A stretch of 64,000 nt of DNA from Myxococcota bacterium. GTDB taxonomy: Bacteria; Myxococcota_A; UBA9160; SZUA-336. Position 1 is the first letter of the stretch, and each line of letters starts with the position of its first letter. Under the pieces are notes generated by a model. It was not told the origin of the DNA. It was given only the letters and a program-made list of their open reading frames with translations, and made no database searches. The DNA lies in contig CBDFGR010000002.1 in NCBI GenBank assembly GCA_965247115.1, positions 800,001-864,000 on the forward strand, read 5' to 3'. The translations under genes were made by a program, and so were the position numbers. This document shows, piece after piece, positions 28,213 to 39,175 of the stretch.

Positions 28213-29712
28213 CTATCGAGCCCTCTGCGTTTGATCTCTGCTTGTGGGTCGCAACGTCAACCGGTGAGCTCGGATCGACGTCTCGACGACGAGGTCCCCG
28301 GCCTGCGAGGCAAGGCGCGCATCTCCCTCGACCTGCCAACGGCCAGGGTCGTCGAGCCCGGTGATGTGGAAGCGCGTCGGCTGGCCCTCGACAGCGTCGT
28401 TCTGCGGATGGAGTCGAAGGCGGAGTACGTTCTCTTCCCAACGCGCTTCGGCGAGCGCGAGCGTGGGGAAGTCGACGCCCTCGATGAGACCGGGCTGCTT
28501 CGCGAGCGGCGCTTCGGACAGACGCGCCCAGGCCCCGGGGCTCACGACCTCGGCGGCGGCGAGGAAGCCGTTGTACTGACCGCGCGGGTACTCTTCGGCA
28601 AGTCCGAGGCCCCAGGTGAATTCGCCCCTGGCGCGGTCCCATGTCGGCTCGTAGTTCGCATCGAGTCCGCTCCAGATTGCGGCCTCGAGCTCGTCGAGTC
28701 CCCACTCGCGCGAGAGGAACCACGCGATGGCGTTGATCCGGTGATCCCTCAGGTTGGTGAGCCCGCCGCTCGAGATGCCGGCTCTTGCGGCCGCAGCGTC
28801 GAAGAGACGCCGAGCCTCCTCTGGCACCTGCGGTGCCAGGTAGAAGCAGTAGGTCAGCGCGAACGTGACGGGAAGACGATGATGAACCTTCAGGAGCGGG
28901 TCGTAGTAGGCCGTGACGACACCCGGGACATCGGTCTTGTCGAGGCCCAGATACTCCCGCCGCGCATGGACCCACCACGGATCGAAGGCCGCCGCGTGGA
29001 GCCTCGTCCCGTGCCGGTTGTCGTGGAGCCTCAGACCGAGGCCCGCGCCGCTCAGTCAGAGCGGCCAGACCTTCGTATTCTCGCAGTGGCAGCCCTCCGG
29101 CCGTTCCTTCCACTGATTCGCCAGGTGTGAGGCGATCGTCGTGTGCGACCAGCGGAAGGTGTTCTCGCCGTCCCGGATCATGTCGAACGGCTCGTTCCAA
29201 CGATCGTTCGTCGCGATCATGGACCGCAGACCCAGGAGCACCAGGAAGAAGCCCTTGTAGAAGAGCATTCCGTCTGCGGCGATGGGATCCATCTGGATGC
29301 CCCAGGGTTCGACACCGTTGGCCGTCCAGCCGGGCACGTCGTAGTTCCCCCAGAGCTCAGTGGGAATCAGGAGTCGATAGACGTCCGGATAGTCGGCGCG
29401 GTCCGGATCGTGACCGAACTGGGTGAGCCAGTCGTTCGCCGACCACCAGCCCGTGTGACGCTCGATCAGTTGATCGAGCACCTCGACGTAGGGCTCGCGC
29501 CACGCGGGAGTCATCTGCGCCATGAGGCCCATCGCGTAGCTCGAGTCGGTGAGATCGAAGCGAGGCCACGAAGCCATGGGCGGGTCGGACCGATCGTCCC
29601 AGTGCGGATGTGGCCGGCCCTCGCGGTTCCAGTCGTCGGGGGTATGGGCCTTCCTGTGCAGATACCGGAGCCATCCCAGCGATCGATCCGAGAGTTCCGT
29701 TGCTGCTGTCAT
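28213..29712 (-). CDS. Linalool dehydratase/isomerase-like protein, 499 aa, with in-frame TGA (codon 219) read as selenocysteine
   Basis: ORF-track pieces 29056-29736 and 28213-28827 share a frame, and the only stop between them is TGA at 29058-29056. DPIAADGMLFYKG and GCHCENTKVWPL-U-LSGAGLGLRLHDNRHGT align with LinD DPIEKENIMYKG and GIVCEPDNYFVQC..YDRLHGT (recalled from memory). SECIS-like hairpin follows. Confidence 0.82.
29022..29055 (-). ncRNA. Bacterial SECIS element
   Basis: UGA-CUGAGCGGCGC-GGGCCUC-GGUCU-GAGGCUC: 11-nt spacer, 7-bp stem (one G-U pair), GGUCUG at positions 22-27 counting from the U of UGA. Confidence 0.8.
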
Positions 29713-29947
29713 GGCCTGCCGCCTGGTCCATCTCAAAAGGAGAACCTTCTGCCACGTGTATCATTGGCGCGTTCGCGGCGCCACGTCGCGGCGAGGGGAA
29801 AGCAATGCGACGTTCCGTCTCTATGCCCAGATCCCCGTTTCGCCGGAGGGCGAAGGCGGACTGGGACAGACCTGCACCGGCCGCTCGTATTCCCCCAACG
29901 CGGAGCGCGACTTCCCGAGTCTGGTCTACTGGGGCGATACCGACGCG

Positions 29948-30574
29948 CTAAAGCCTCGTGCGGTAGTCCTCTTCGACGTGCTTGTCGATCTCGTCCGCGC
30001 TCGGGCCTTCGCCGCCCGACCACTTGGTGAACATCTTCCCAAAGGAGAACTTGACCCGCTCCGACCAGCTGTCCGGCTGCCACAGCTTGGAGCGCATCAA
30101 CGCCTTCGCGCAGTGGAAGAAGCACTCGTCGACGCGCACGCGGATCGCCAGCACGGCGGGCTTGCCGCGCGCGGCCATGCGCTGCAGCAGCTCCGGATCC
30201 GAAGTCAGCTCCGCCGTCCCGTTCACGCGGACGGTCTCGGGCGTGCCCGGCAGCAGGAAGAGCAGACCGACGTGCGGATTCTCCAGGATGTTCGAGAGAC
30301 CGTACACGAGCTTGTTCCCCGGGCGGTCGGGGATCACGAGCGTGTGTTCGTCCTCGACGATCACGAACCCGGGACCATCCCCTTTGGGCGAGGTGTCCTG
30401 GTTGCCCTGCGCGTCGGAGGTCGACAGGACCAAGAACGGCGAGCGCTGGATGAAGTCGATGGAGTACTCGTCGAGCGCGGACGTGTTCTTCAGATCGATC
30501 CCGCGCATCTTCTCGCCGATCACGGCGCGGAGCGCCTCGGGCGTCGCGATACGGTGGGCTTCGGAATCAAGCAT
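29948..30574 (-). CDS. Pyridoxamine 5'-phosphate oxidase-like FMN-binding protein (MSMEG_1061 type)
   Basis: DTSPKGDGPGFV, PDRPGN and FFHCAKALMRSKLW motifs. Confidence 0.92.
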   Translation of the reverse strand: MLDSEAHRIATPEALRAVIGEKMRGIDLKNTSALDEYSIDFIQRSPFLVLSTSDAQGNQDTSPKGDGPGFVIVEDEHTLVIPDRPGNKLVYGLSNILENPHVGLLFLLPGTPETVRVNGTAELTSDPELLQRMAARGKPAVLAIRVRVDECFFHCAKALMRSKLWQPDSWSERVKFSFGKMFTKWSGGEGPSADEIDKHVEEDYRTRL

Positions 30575-30712
30575 GGCGGACCTCCTAGAGTTCGGAGCCG
30601 CGAACCGATCTTGCACCGTGGAGCGCATAGAATCGATCGGGCTCGGTACATACTAGACGACGCGGCGCAATCATGGAACCGCTGCCCGCGGCGTGGAGCC
30701 CTCTCCCCACGC

Positions 30713-31270
30713 TCAGCTCAGGTCCGACCCCCCTTGGGCAGCAGGAGCGTCTCGTCGGCGTCGATCCGAGGCGGGGTCCCCCGAACCGCGACCCCGTAGT
30801 CTCGGGCCGCTCCCCCTGGTGAGACCTCTTCGTGGATGACGTCTTCCAGCACCGCTTCCGGCGGTCGCGACCGCGGATCGCCGTAACCCACCACCGGCGA
30901 GCCTGACCTTCAGTACGTCGTCCTTGGTGACGTTGGTCAGGAACTTGGCGGGATACTCGCGTTCCTCTCCATCGGCTCGGAGAATCGAGACGCTGGAGGG
31001 CGCACCGCTCGAACCGCCCTCGAGTCCGTACGGCAGGACGTCGCGCCGGTCGGAACGGATCTGCAGGATCGCCTCGTCGGCCAGGACACGCAGATGGCGC
31101 TCCATGGCCAGGCTGCCGCGGTAGTGACCGGCCCCGCCGCTGTCCGGCACGAATGCGTACCGGTCCACGCGCAGCGGCTGCTCCGTCTCCAGAAGCTCGG
31201 CCGGGGTATTCGAGTAGTTGATGATCATTCCGGTGCAAGTATCCATCCCGTCCCGGTCGGGGCCGCCGCC
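30713..31270 (-). pseudogene. Hydantoinase B/oxoprolinase C-terminal fragment, frameshifted
   Basis: NTPAELLE, DSGGAGHYRG, PYGLEGG and LAGGG; the tail VLEDVIHEE..RDYGVAV is in another frame. Confidence 0.8.
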
Positions 31271-31863
31271 TCACGAGCCGACCAGGAACTCGAGGAAGAC
31301 AAAGGCGTGCCGTCCTTCGCGTAGCTGCCGAAGCTCAGGCCGGCATCGGGGGAGCTCGAGCCGCAGGCGGGAACCAGGTCGGGCCGGATCTTGCGAGCGC
31401 TCCGAATACGGTGTCCGCGATGCGGAACCTCGAGAGGCCGCGGGCGGCAACCGGAGCTGGCGGGACCGGGATGACGATTGTGCCCCTGGGAGCGATGACC
31501 TCGATCGCGTAGCTGCTCTCCGCACACAGGGAGGAAGCTGGGGAACCTGGCGCTCGATCTACTTGTCGAGGAGTCCTGGAGGGTCGATGTCGGAGGGGAC
31601 CGGGACTCCTATCGACCCGCCGAGCGCCCGGCGAGGTACGGAAGCGGAAACTTCCGTCGGATGGCAGCGGCAAGCCTCATTCGGTCGCGCAACGATTCCT
31701 TCTGGTGCTTTCGTCAGGTTCGTTGTTTCGCGTAGGCTTCCCGGGCGACGTTCCGGATCGGAGCCGGTGCGCGATAGCCGCGTCCAGGTCTGGTTCGGGG
31801 TCGAGAGCCGCGCTCTCGCTTGACGACGCGAAGCCCAACAGAGAGGATCTGCCGACCCGAAAC

Positions 31864-33024
31864 ATGAGACGTCTCGTCGGTCATGCCGCCCGCCGTCATA
31901 GGGGGCACCCAACGCGAGGACTACACGTGGTAGCCCTGCTGGGGCTGTGCGTCGCAGCGGCATCCGGCGGGGTGGCTCGCGCGGCTTCTCCGACCGAATT
32001 CAGCACTTCCCCCGCGGCCTGCGCGAACGTGGACTACGGGCGAGCGAATCTCGGGGCCGGAGCCGATCCCGCGACGAAGCCCAACCCGGACGGCCCCACC
32101 CTGGTGGGAGCCGGGGTTTTCGTCACGCAGCTGCGCGCGCTCGACGCGGTTCGCGAGGAGTACGCGTTTCGGGGTCACGTGAGGGCGACCTGGTGCGATC
32201 CGCGACTCGCCTACGACCCGGACGAGGTCGGTACGCTGGAGCGCGTCTACATCGGCGGGAACGAACAGCGAGAGAGAGAACGCATCTGGTGGCCCTCCGG
32301 ATTCCCCGTTAACCGCGCGGGCTCGTTCGAGGTCACGGAGCGCGTGGTGCGCGTCGCCCCGGACGGCACCGTGCACAACGACATCAACCTAAGCGTACAG
32401 GTGCACGCGGACTTGGACCTGCGCCGCTTCCCCTTCGACCACCAGCGACTCGAGCTGGTGATTGAGTCGACTCGCTGGCAGGTCGACGATTTGGTGTTCG
32501 TAGCAGACCAGACGACGACGGGCTTCGCGCAGGACTTCACCATGCAGGAGTGGCAGCTTGTCGGCGTGAGCAGCCGCGTCGAGGAAGTCGCTTCGGTTCG
32601 AGGCGCAAGACCGTTTTCCCGCTTCCTCTTCGAGATCGATGTGGAGCGCCAAGCGGGCTTCTACCTGTGGAAGGTGATGCTGCCGATCCTCATCATCGTG
32701 GCCATTTCGTGGTCGGTCTTCTGGATGACCGACGAAAGACTTGCCGGTCGGAGCCGCATCACTGCCAGCGGCGTCCTGACCGTGGTCGCCTACCAGTTCG
32801 TGATTGCCGACGGACTGCCACGGATCGCCTACCTCACGGTGCTCGACAAGATGATGCTGGTGTCGTTTGCCTTGCTGTCGGTGACGGTGCTGCAGAGCAT
32901 GCTGGTCGCGCGCTACAACGAATCGTCTCCCGAGACCGCAGTGCTCATCGACCGGACGTCGCGTTGGCTGTTTCCCCTCGTGTACGCGCTTCTGCTTGCA
33001 GGGTACGCGTTCGGCGGCGGATAG
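31864..33024 (+). CDS. Prokaryotic pentameric ligand-gated ion channel (GLIC/ELIC-like)
   Basis: WCDPRL, DLRRFPFDHQ (Pro-loop), R-x-x-GFYLWKVMLP, LPRIAYLTVLD and four TM helices. Confidence 0.9.
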   Translation: MRRLVGHAARRHRGHPTRGLHVVALLGLCVAAASGGVARAASPTEFSTSPAACANVDYGRANLGAGADPATKPNPDGPTLVGAGVFVTQLRALDAVREEYAFRGHVRATWCDPRLAYDPDEVGTLERVYIGGNEQRERERIWWPSGFPVNRAGSFEVTERVVRVAPDGTVHNDINLSVQVHADLDLRRFPFDHQRLELVIESTRWQVDDLVFVADQTTTGFAQDFTMQEWQLVGVSSRVEEVASVRGARPFSRFLFEIDVERQAGFYLWKVMLPILIIVAISWSVFWMTDERLAGRSRITASGVLTVVAYQFVIADGLPRIAYLTVLDKMMLVSFALLSVTVLQSMLVARYNESSPETAVLIDRTSRWLFPLVYALLLAGYAFGGG

Positions 33025-33302
33025 CGTGCGATTACCACTGATCGTCTCGCCTATGTAGGTCCCTGAGCAAGTCTCTTGGTCGTCGACTTGTCGAAGCTCA
33101 ACAACGTCACCTACGAAGAGACAGACAGGGCTTGCAGACGGACGCGGCGGTCACGAACCCCGGACGTTGCATCCGCGTTCGGACTGCTATCGAGCTACTC
33201 ATACTCTTGCGACCGCAGTGGTCCTAGCGGCCCATGCTCTGACCGCCTCGGCCGCGTGTAGGCACAACAACAGCCGACCGCAGAAATGCTGTGGTAGCGT
33301 GA

Positions 33303-33790
33303 CTACGGATTGTCGCGGCGAAGGGCTGCCAGCCGTTGGCTAAGCCGCTCGGTCCAAAAGTCCATCGCCTTATAGACGTCCGAGAGCTTCTCCGTGATCC
33401 CCGCGACGTTGGCCTTCGTGCCGGCACGCCGGTCCGCCACCGCTCCCAGCCGGACGTCGGTCAACGAATCCAGCAGTTCGGCTTCGAGCCCGGCACTTCC
33501 CACCGTGACCGTGCTATCTGCCGTGTTTCCAACCAGCGCAGTGATCACATGCGCAGGTGGCATCACGGTCGTTATCGCCCTCCGCACGCTGGTTCCAGCC
33601 TCGGCCTCTGTGATGGCCGCGCGCAGGCGCATCACGCCGGGGCCAGGCTGCTCGGCTATCCGATAGTCTTTCCTCAGTGCCTCCTCCGTTGCCTTGTAGA
33701 GGTAGGACGTCAGTGCCTGCCGCTCCTCTTCAGAGAGCTTCTCTGCGTCGACGGAACCCCACAGCTGGACCGAGTCGATCAGAACGGCGT
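33303..33790 (-). pseudogene. DUF3313 family lipoprotein, C-terminal part only
   Basis: PGPGVMRLRAAIT and EAELLDSLT..LGAVADRRAG motifs; no N-terminus. Confidence 0.75.
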
Positions 33791-34737
33791 GCCACGAGCG
33801 GATCGCGGCACAGAAGATCCCGTACGACTTCATCGACAAGGTGTTTATCAGCCATCTGCACGTCGATCACTATGGCGACCTCGCCTCCTTCTGGCTCGGG
33901 GGCACGGTGATGAACCGCCTCACGCCGCTTCGCATCTGGGGACCGAGTGGACCAACGCCAGAGTTTGGCACCACATACGCGCTCGATCTGATGGAGAAGA
34001 TGTACATCTGGGACGTCGCAACCCGAGCCGGATTCGTCGACTTTCGAGGGGGAGTGCTGGAGGTCCACGAATTCCCGTACGACGGCATGAACGAGGTGAT
34101 CTTCGACGAGAACGGCGTGGTCATCCGCAGCATCCCGGCCATTCACGCCATAGATGGCGCGGTGAGCTTCATCCTTGAGTGGAACGGGCTCAAGTTCGTC
34201 TACGGGGGCGACACCTTCCCCAACAAGTGGTATGTCGAGCACGCGAAGGGCGCGGATCTTGCCATCCACGAGTGCTTCCTCCCGCCCACTCTCATGATCA
34301 CGAAGCAGGGATTCACCCCCTCGGAGGGGCTCATGGTCGCCTCCCAGGCTCACTCTTCGCCGGAGCAGTTCGGCAAGGTGATGTCTCTCGTGAAGCCGCG
34401 TATCGGCGTTGGCTACCACTTCTACAACGACTTCGACACCGCGCCGGAGGTTCAAGAGCGGGTCCGCAGGACCTATTCTGGTCCGCTCGCCCTCGCCGTG
34501 GACTACATGGTCTTCAACGTGACCAAGGACGACATCCGGGTGCGGATGTCCGCCATCGACGAAGAAGTCTGGCCGACCCCCGCGCTCAAGAAGAAGAACC
34601 CGCCGGATCGTTCGAAGATCATTCCGTTCTCGGACTTCACGCGGTCCGGCGCGCTGCCAATGCCGGAGGTCGTGGGACCGATCTTCGATGAGGTCAACGA
34701 GAAGTACGGAACCAAGGTCGAGCCGATTTGGAAGTAG
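33790..34737 (+). pseudogene. RNase Z/arylsulfatase-like MBL hydrolase (GntH-like), 5'-truncated
   Basis: Begins mid-protein at HERIAAQKIPYDFIDKVFISHLHVDH; lacks the GTGMP N-terminus seen in the paralogs at 40299 and 44089. Confidence 0.85.
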
Positions 34738-34872
34738 CCGACTCGAGAGTGGGCGTGAGCAGCAGATCGAGACGAGTTTGCCCCTGAACTAGAACGGGTT
34801 CCTTTCTCACTCGGGTGACGCCACGACTGGAGTTCCTTGACATGCGCTCACGGGCAAGAAAGGGAGAGGCAT

Positions 34873-35958
34873 ATGAAACCTCCATTTAGCGTTGTCGATG
34901 CAGACGGTCACATCAACGAACCTGAAGATCGCTTACTGGAATTCCTTGAGACACCCTACCGAGATTATCTCCACCCGTCACTTAGCAACTCCCATGGCAC
35001 CACCTACCCGACCAATTCCCTCGGCCCCAAATTGCCACCGGGATTCGACCCAACCCTCGGAGGACGCCTCGGTAGCAACGGGCCGATCGGCTTTCCCACC
35101 CCGGACGATTGGTTAGAGGCCTTGGATGCCGGCGGCATGGAGCTGACCGTGCTCTATCCAACCACGCTGTTGGGCTATGCCGGTATCATCGATCCCGACT
35201 TCCTCGTGGCCCTTACCCATGCCTACAATTCCTATGTGCATGAAGATTGGCTCCAGGTCAGCCCGCGATTTCGTGCTGTCGCCCTGATGCCGCTGCTCGA
35301 CGTTGAGGAGTCGGTCAAAGAACTGCGTCGCGCGGTCACCGAGCTGGGCTTTGCCGGCGCCTTTGTTCCGGCCACCGGGTTCGGTCTGTTGGGCGACAAG
35401 CGCCTCCACCCGCTCTATGCCGAAGCCGAACGCCTCGGTTGTGTGATCGCAGTCCATGGCGGCCATGCCACAGCCGAACACATGCGCTACACCCGGTTTA
35501 TCCAACGCCACACGATTGGCTTTCCGGTCTCCAACATCATCGCCATGACCCACATGACCTATGAGGGGGTGTTCGAATTATTTCCCACCCTCAGAGTGGC
35601 GTATCTCGAAGCCGGCTGTACCTGGGTGCCCTATATGCTGAACCGGATGGATGAAGAGTGGGAAAAGCGCGGCGATGTGGAAGCGCCGATGTGCAAAGAA
35701 AAACCGAGCACCTATATCAAGAGCGACCGGGTGTTTATTCACGCCGAGCCCGGCGAGGACTTGATTCCGCAAGTCGTCGACATCCTCGGTGACACCAGCC
35801 TGGTCTATGCGTCCGACTGGCCGCACTGGGATCATGAATACCCGGAAAGCGTCGAGCATCTGTGGGATCGCGAGGATCTGAGCGAGAGCCAGAAGCAGGC
35901 AATCTTGGCCGACAATGCACGCGCCATGTACGGCTTCAGTGGCGACAGAGCTGGCTAA
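34873..35958 (+). CDS. Amidohydrolase_2 family protein
   Basis: VDADGHINE, LEAGCTW and YASDWPHWD motifs. Confidence 0.92.
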   Translation: MKPPFSVVDADGHINEPEDRLLEFLETPYRDYLHPSLSNSHGTTYPTNSLGPKLPPGFDPTLGGRLGSNGPIGFPTPDDWLEALDAGGMELTVLYPTTLLGYAGIIDPDFLVALTHAYNSYVHEDWLQVSPRFRAVALMPLLDVEESVKELRRAVTELGFAGAFVPATGFGLLGDKRLHPLYAEAERLGCVIAVHGGHATAEHMRYTRFIQRHTIGFPVSNIIAMTHMTYEGVFELFPTLRVAYLEAGCTWVPYMLNRMDEEWEKRGDVEAPMCKEKPSTYIKSDRVFIHAEPGEDLIPQVVDILGDTSLVYASDWPHWDHEYPESVEHLWDREDLSESQKQAILADNARAMYGFSGDRAG

Positions 35959-36025
35959 TGGAGGATGCTCCTCTGACAGGTTCTTGCCCTCAGACCAATC
36001 GATAGGACGGGAAGGGGGGGACCCT

Positions 36026-37417
36026 CTAGTTCTCCACTTCGGCCAAGAACGCTTTCAGCTTGGCTATGGCCGTCAGCATGTTCTCTGTCATCGATTGCAC
36101 GGCGGCCTGCTTGCCGGGATCGGAACTTGTCAAGCTCGCTAGCAGCCCACGGAACCCATCGAGACGCGAGGCGAGCAGCCATTTCTGCAAGCCCTCGTCT
36201 TGCGACCACCGAGCCTGATTAAGGTAGTTTGCTAGCGTCGTCTTCAACCAGTCCACGTCTGAATTCGGATGCGGAATCGGTGTGCAAAGCTGATTCCGGG
36301 TCGACTCGTCGTACGTCGCCTCGACGTGACCAATGAACGCGGCACTGAACACCTGCTGGCACGTTCGCAGGGATTGAAGTGTGATGGTCTCACCATCGAA
36401 TACGGGTACAGCCGGACGCCGTTCGAGGCCGTCCGCCGAACAATCTACGTGGAGTGTTGAGGAATCGGTAGGGATCGTCCCTCCATCCAGGACAATGGTA
36501 TCGCTGTCGATTCGTTGAACTCGCCCCAGTCGCACAATGTTCTCAATGCGACGCAGCTGTTCGAGTTCGAGCCGAGTGACCGTTGCGCACCGGAACATCG
36601 TGGGTCTGATGTCATCTTCCAGCCGGAGCAGATGCCCGCTCGCGTTCAGTCGCTCGAACAGATCTTCGATGGAATCTGCTTTGGCAATGGCCTCGACTTG
36701 TTGAGCGAAGAAGCCGAGAGCAGAATTGTCGGACAAAGCCGCACCTGGCTGAATGGAGGCGCGATCGAGCATCCAGGAATCGCGCGGCATGATCCATGTG
36801 ATGCCGTTCGGATCGACCCCGTTCTTCAAGAGCCAGAGACACGCGTCCATGCCCGTCTTGCCGGCGCCTACCACTACATAGCGCTCAAACTCGCCGCTCA
36901 CGCGCGGGAGGTGGTTGGGCGGGACGCACCGCGCTTCGGATGTCACATCGTACTAGGGGGGACGCACTGACGGCACCGTTACGTTCATGTAAGTGGCGTC
37001 CACTACCTTGTTGACCTGGGCCTGATAGTCGGCGCCAGAAACGAGGGAAACGAAGCGAGTTTTCCCCTTGTACAGGCACATGGGGAAGTACTGCACTCGT
37101 CCTGAAGGCAGAAACTGCTGTTGCATCACCTGATCGAAGTAGGCGCAAACTTCGGAGTTGGTGGCAAGTTCGTAGAGGCCCTTGTTCCAACCAGTCTGAT
37201 CGATCGTGTCGCTGCCGAGCTTTCTCGAGTTCACACCGTAGAAGGACGACGGCTGGTGAAGACGAACGTACGGGTAAGCATCGTTCCAGTGGCCGCCTGG
37301 CTGGTGATGTTTGTCGACCATAATCACGGTGGCATTGGTTTCGGCGATGAGAACGTCGGAAAACGCCATGCCCATGGCGCCACCGCCAATCACCAGGTAA
37401 TCCGCCGAGAGGTTCAT
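36026..37417 (-). pseudogene. FAD/NAD(P)-dependent oxidoreductase with an in-frame TAG at 36955-36953
   Basis: GGGAMG and GGHWNDAYPYVRLHQPS, then VPSVRPP*YDV, then GAGKTGMDAC, all in the same frame. Confidence 0.85.
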
Positions 37418-37579
37418 CGTGTCAATGCGTTCCCTTCAGGTTCAACGCGTAGGATAGGCCCTCGTTCTTCAGCTACGAGAACTTCCTGGTCGCAGAGATA
37501 GACGGGCGCCAGATCGCGGGGCTATCCCATCCCTCGCAAGGGTGAAACCATCGCGGCCGAGGCCACCGAGATTCCTCCG

Positions 37580-37873
37580 TCAGTCAACCGTTTCGACCAT
37601 CGCCACATGTGCTTTGTCTACGAGTCCTCGCAGCGCTTCGAGCGCGGCGATACGCTCCGGCGAGTCGACATAGACAGCTTCGGCCGCCTTGAAGGCGTCG
37701 ATGTCGCCCTTGTGGGTAGTGCTCCATACAAACTGGTTGTTGTCCCGGTCGGCATAGGCGAAGTCCACCGAGAAACCATACTGGTTACGAACGGGGATCA
37801 TCCTCGGGAACGCGGCGAGGAAATCATCCATTCGTCCCTCAGCGATTTCGTAGCGACGCAATTGTGTGGCCAT
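37580..37873 (-). CDS. NIPSNAP-like protein
   Basis: QLRRYEIAEGRMDDF; AAGGAG RBS. Confidence 0.8.
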   Translation of the reverse strand: MATQLRRYEIAEGRMDDFLAAFPRMIPVRNQYGFSVDFAYADRDNNQFVWSTTHKGDIDAFKAAEAVYVDSPERIAALEALRGLVDKAHVAMVETVD

Positions 37874-38098
37874 CGATGCTCCTTATCGTGGCGCGGTCCA
37901 CTCGACCGAGCTTCGTCACAGTATCGCACACTCGCCAGGATGGAACTCTCTGAGCTCGCTGCCGCGCTCCTTGAAGAGAGAGGCGCCGGCCGGGCCGATC
38001 ATATCTCATTGCGGTTTTCTCGCGCCAGCGTGTACCATACTTGGTACAGGCTGGGCCTCGTTCGTTTCGAGGGCCCGACTCAGTTCAGGGGGACCGTC

Positions 38099-39175
38099 AT
38101 GAAGATGGGTGTTCAGCTCGTATTCCAGAACCACGACGATTTCGACGACCGCGGGATGTACCGCCACGAGGTCGACCTCTCGGTCGAGGCCGAGGCGATG
38201 GGCTTTGACACGATATGGCCCGTAGAGCACCACTTCACCGACTACTCGATGTGTCCCGACAACATGCAGTACCTGAGCTACGTGGCCGCCAGAACCACGC
38301 GGCTGGGACTGGCGACCGGCGCCATCATCGTGCCCTGGAACGACCCCCTGCGGGTGGTCGAGAAGATGGTCCTGCTCGACCACCTGTCCAACGGACGCGC
38401 GATCCTCGGGCTGGGGCGCGGGCTCGCGCGCCGCGAGTACCGCGGCATGCGGCAGAACATGGACGAGGCGCGCGAGCGCTTCAATGAGGGCGCCGAGATC
38501 ATCCTCCGCGGCCTCGAGGAGGGTTTTGTCGAGGCGAACGGCAAGTACCACCAGCAGCCGCGCGTCGAGGTTCGGCCGCGTCCCGTCGCGAGTTTTAAGA
38601 ACCGACGCTACATGGTGTGCATGTCACCCGACTCCTTCGAAGTCGCTGCGGAGTTCGGGCTGGGCATCATGATGTTCTCGCAGTTCCCCTACGAGCAGCT
38701 CAAGGATCGCATCGACAACTACCGCACGGACTACCGTGCGAAACAGGGCGAGGAGCCGCCGCCTATCAACTGCGCCGACTTCGTCTCCTGCTTCCGCGAT
38801 CGCTCCAGAGCTGAGGAGATCGCGCGAAAGCACATCGTCGGGTACCTCGTGAGTGTCCTCAACCACTACGAGATGCTCGACGCCAGCCACTTCGCCGAGA
38901 CGGGCCGCTCGTATCAACACTACGCTGAGAGCGCCAAGCTCCTCGAAGAGATGGGGCACGACGGCGTGATGGACGGCTTTCTCGAGGCCAACCTGTGGGG
39001 CGATCCCGCGCAGATTCGCAACCGGCTCGAGAGGCGACGCGAGGTCATCGGCGACTTCGAGGTCAACGGCGTGTTCAGCTACCAGAGCCTGCCCTACGAC
39101 GTGGTTGCGGACAACATGACGCTCTTCATCGACGAGGTGGGTCCGATGCTCAAGGGCTGGTCGCACCTTGTTTGA
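38099..39175 (+). CDS. LLM-class flavin-dependent oxidoreductase
   Basis: WPVEHHF and LDHLSNGRAILGLGRG motifs. Confidence 0.92.
   Translation: MKMGVQLVFQNHDDFDDRGMYRHEVDLSVEAEAMGFDTIWPVEHHFTDYSMCPDNMQYLSYVAARTTRLGLATGAIIVPWNDPLRVVEKMVLLDHLSNGRAILGLGRGLARREYRGMRQNMDEARERFNEGAEIILRGLEEGFVEANGKYHQQPRVEVRPRPVASFKNRRYMVCMSPDSFEVAAEFGLGIMMFSQFPYEQLKDRIDNYRTDYRAKQGEEPPPINCADFVSCFRDRSRAEEIARKHIVGYLVSVLNHYEMLDASHFAETGRSYQHYAESAKLLEEMGHDGVMDGFLEANLWGDPAQIRNRLERRREVIGDFEVNGVFSYQSLPYDVVADNMTLFIDEVGPMLKGWSHLV

Noticed and set aside
33076..33160. Possible fragment of a nucleotide-binding or TIR-like gene (DLSKLNNVTYEE)
   Set aside because: Too short to assign by eye.
34790..34803. KstR-type operator TAGAACGGGTTCCT
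   Set aside because: Imperfect palindrome, single instance, and no cognate TetR gene in the window.
36953..36955. In-frame TAG in the FAD oxidoreductase as pyrrolysine or programmed read-through
   Set aside because: It falls in a variable linker (RPP*YDV), not a catalytic position, and there are no pyl genes in the window. A nonsense mutation or base error is simpler.
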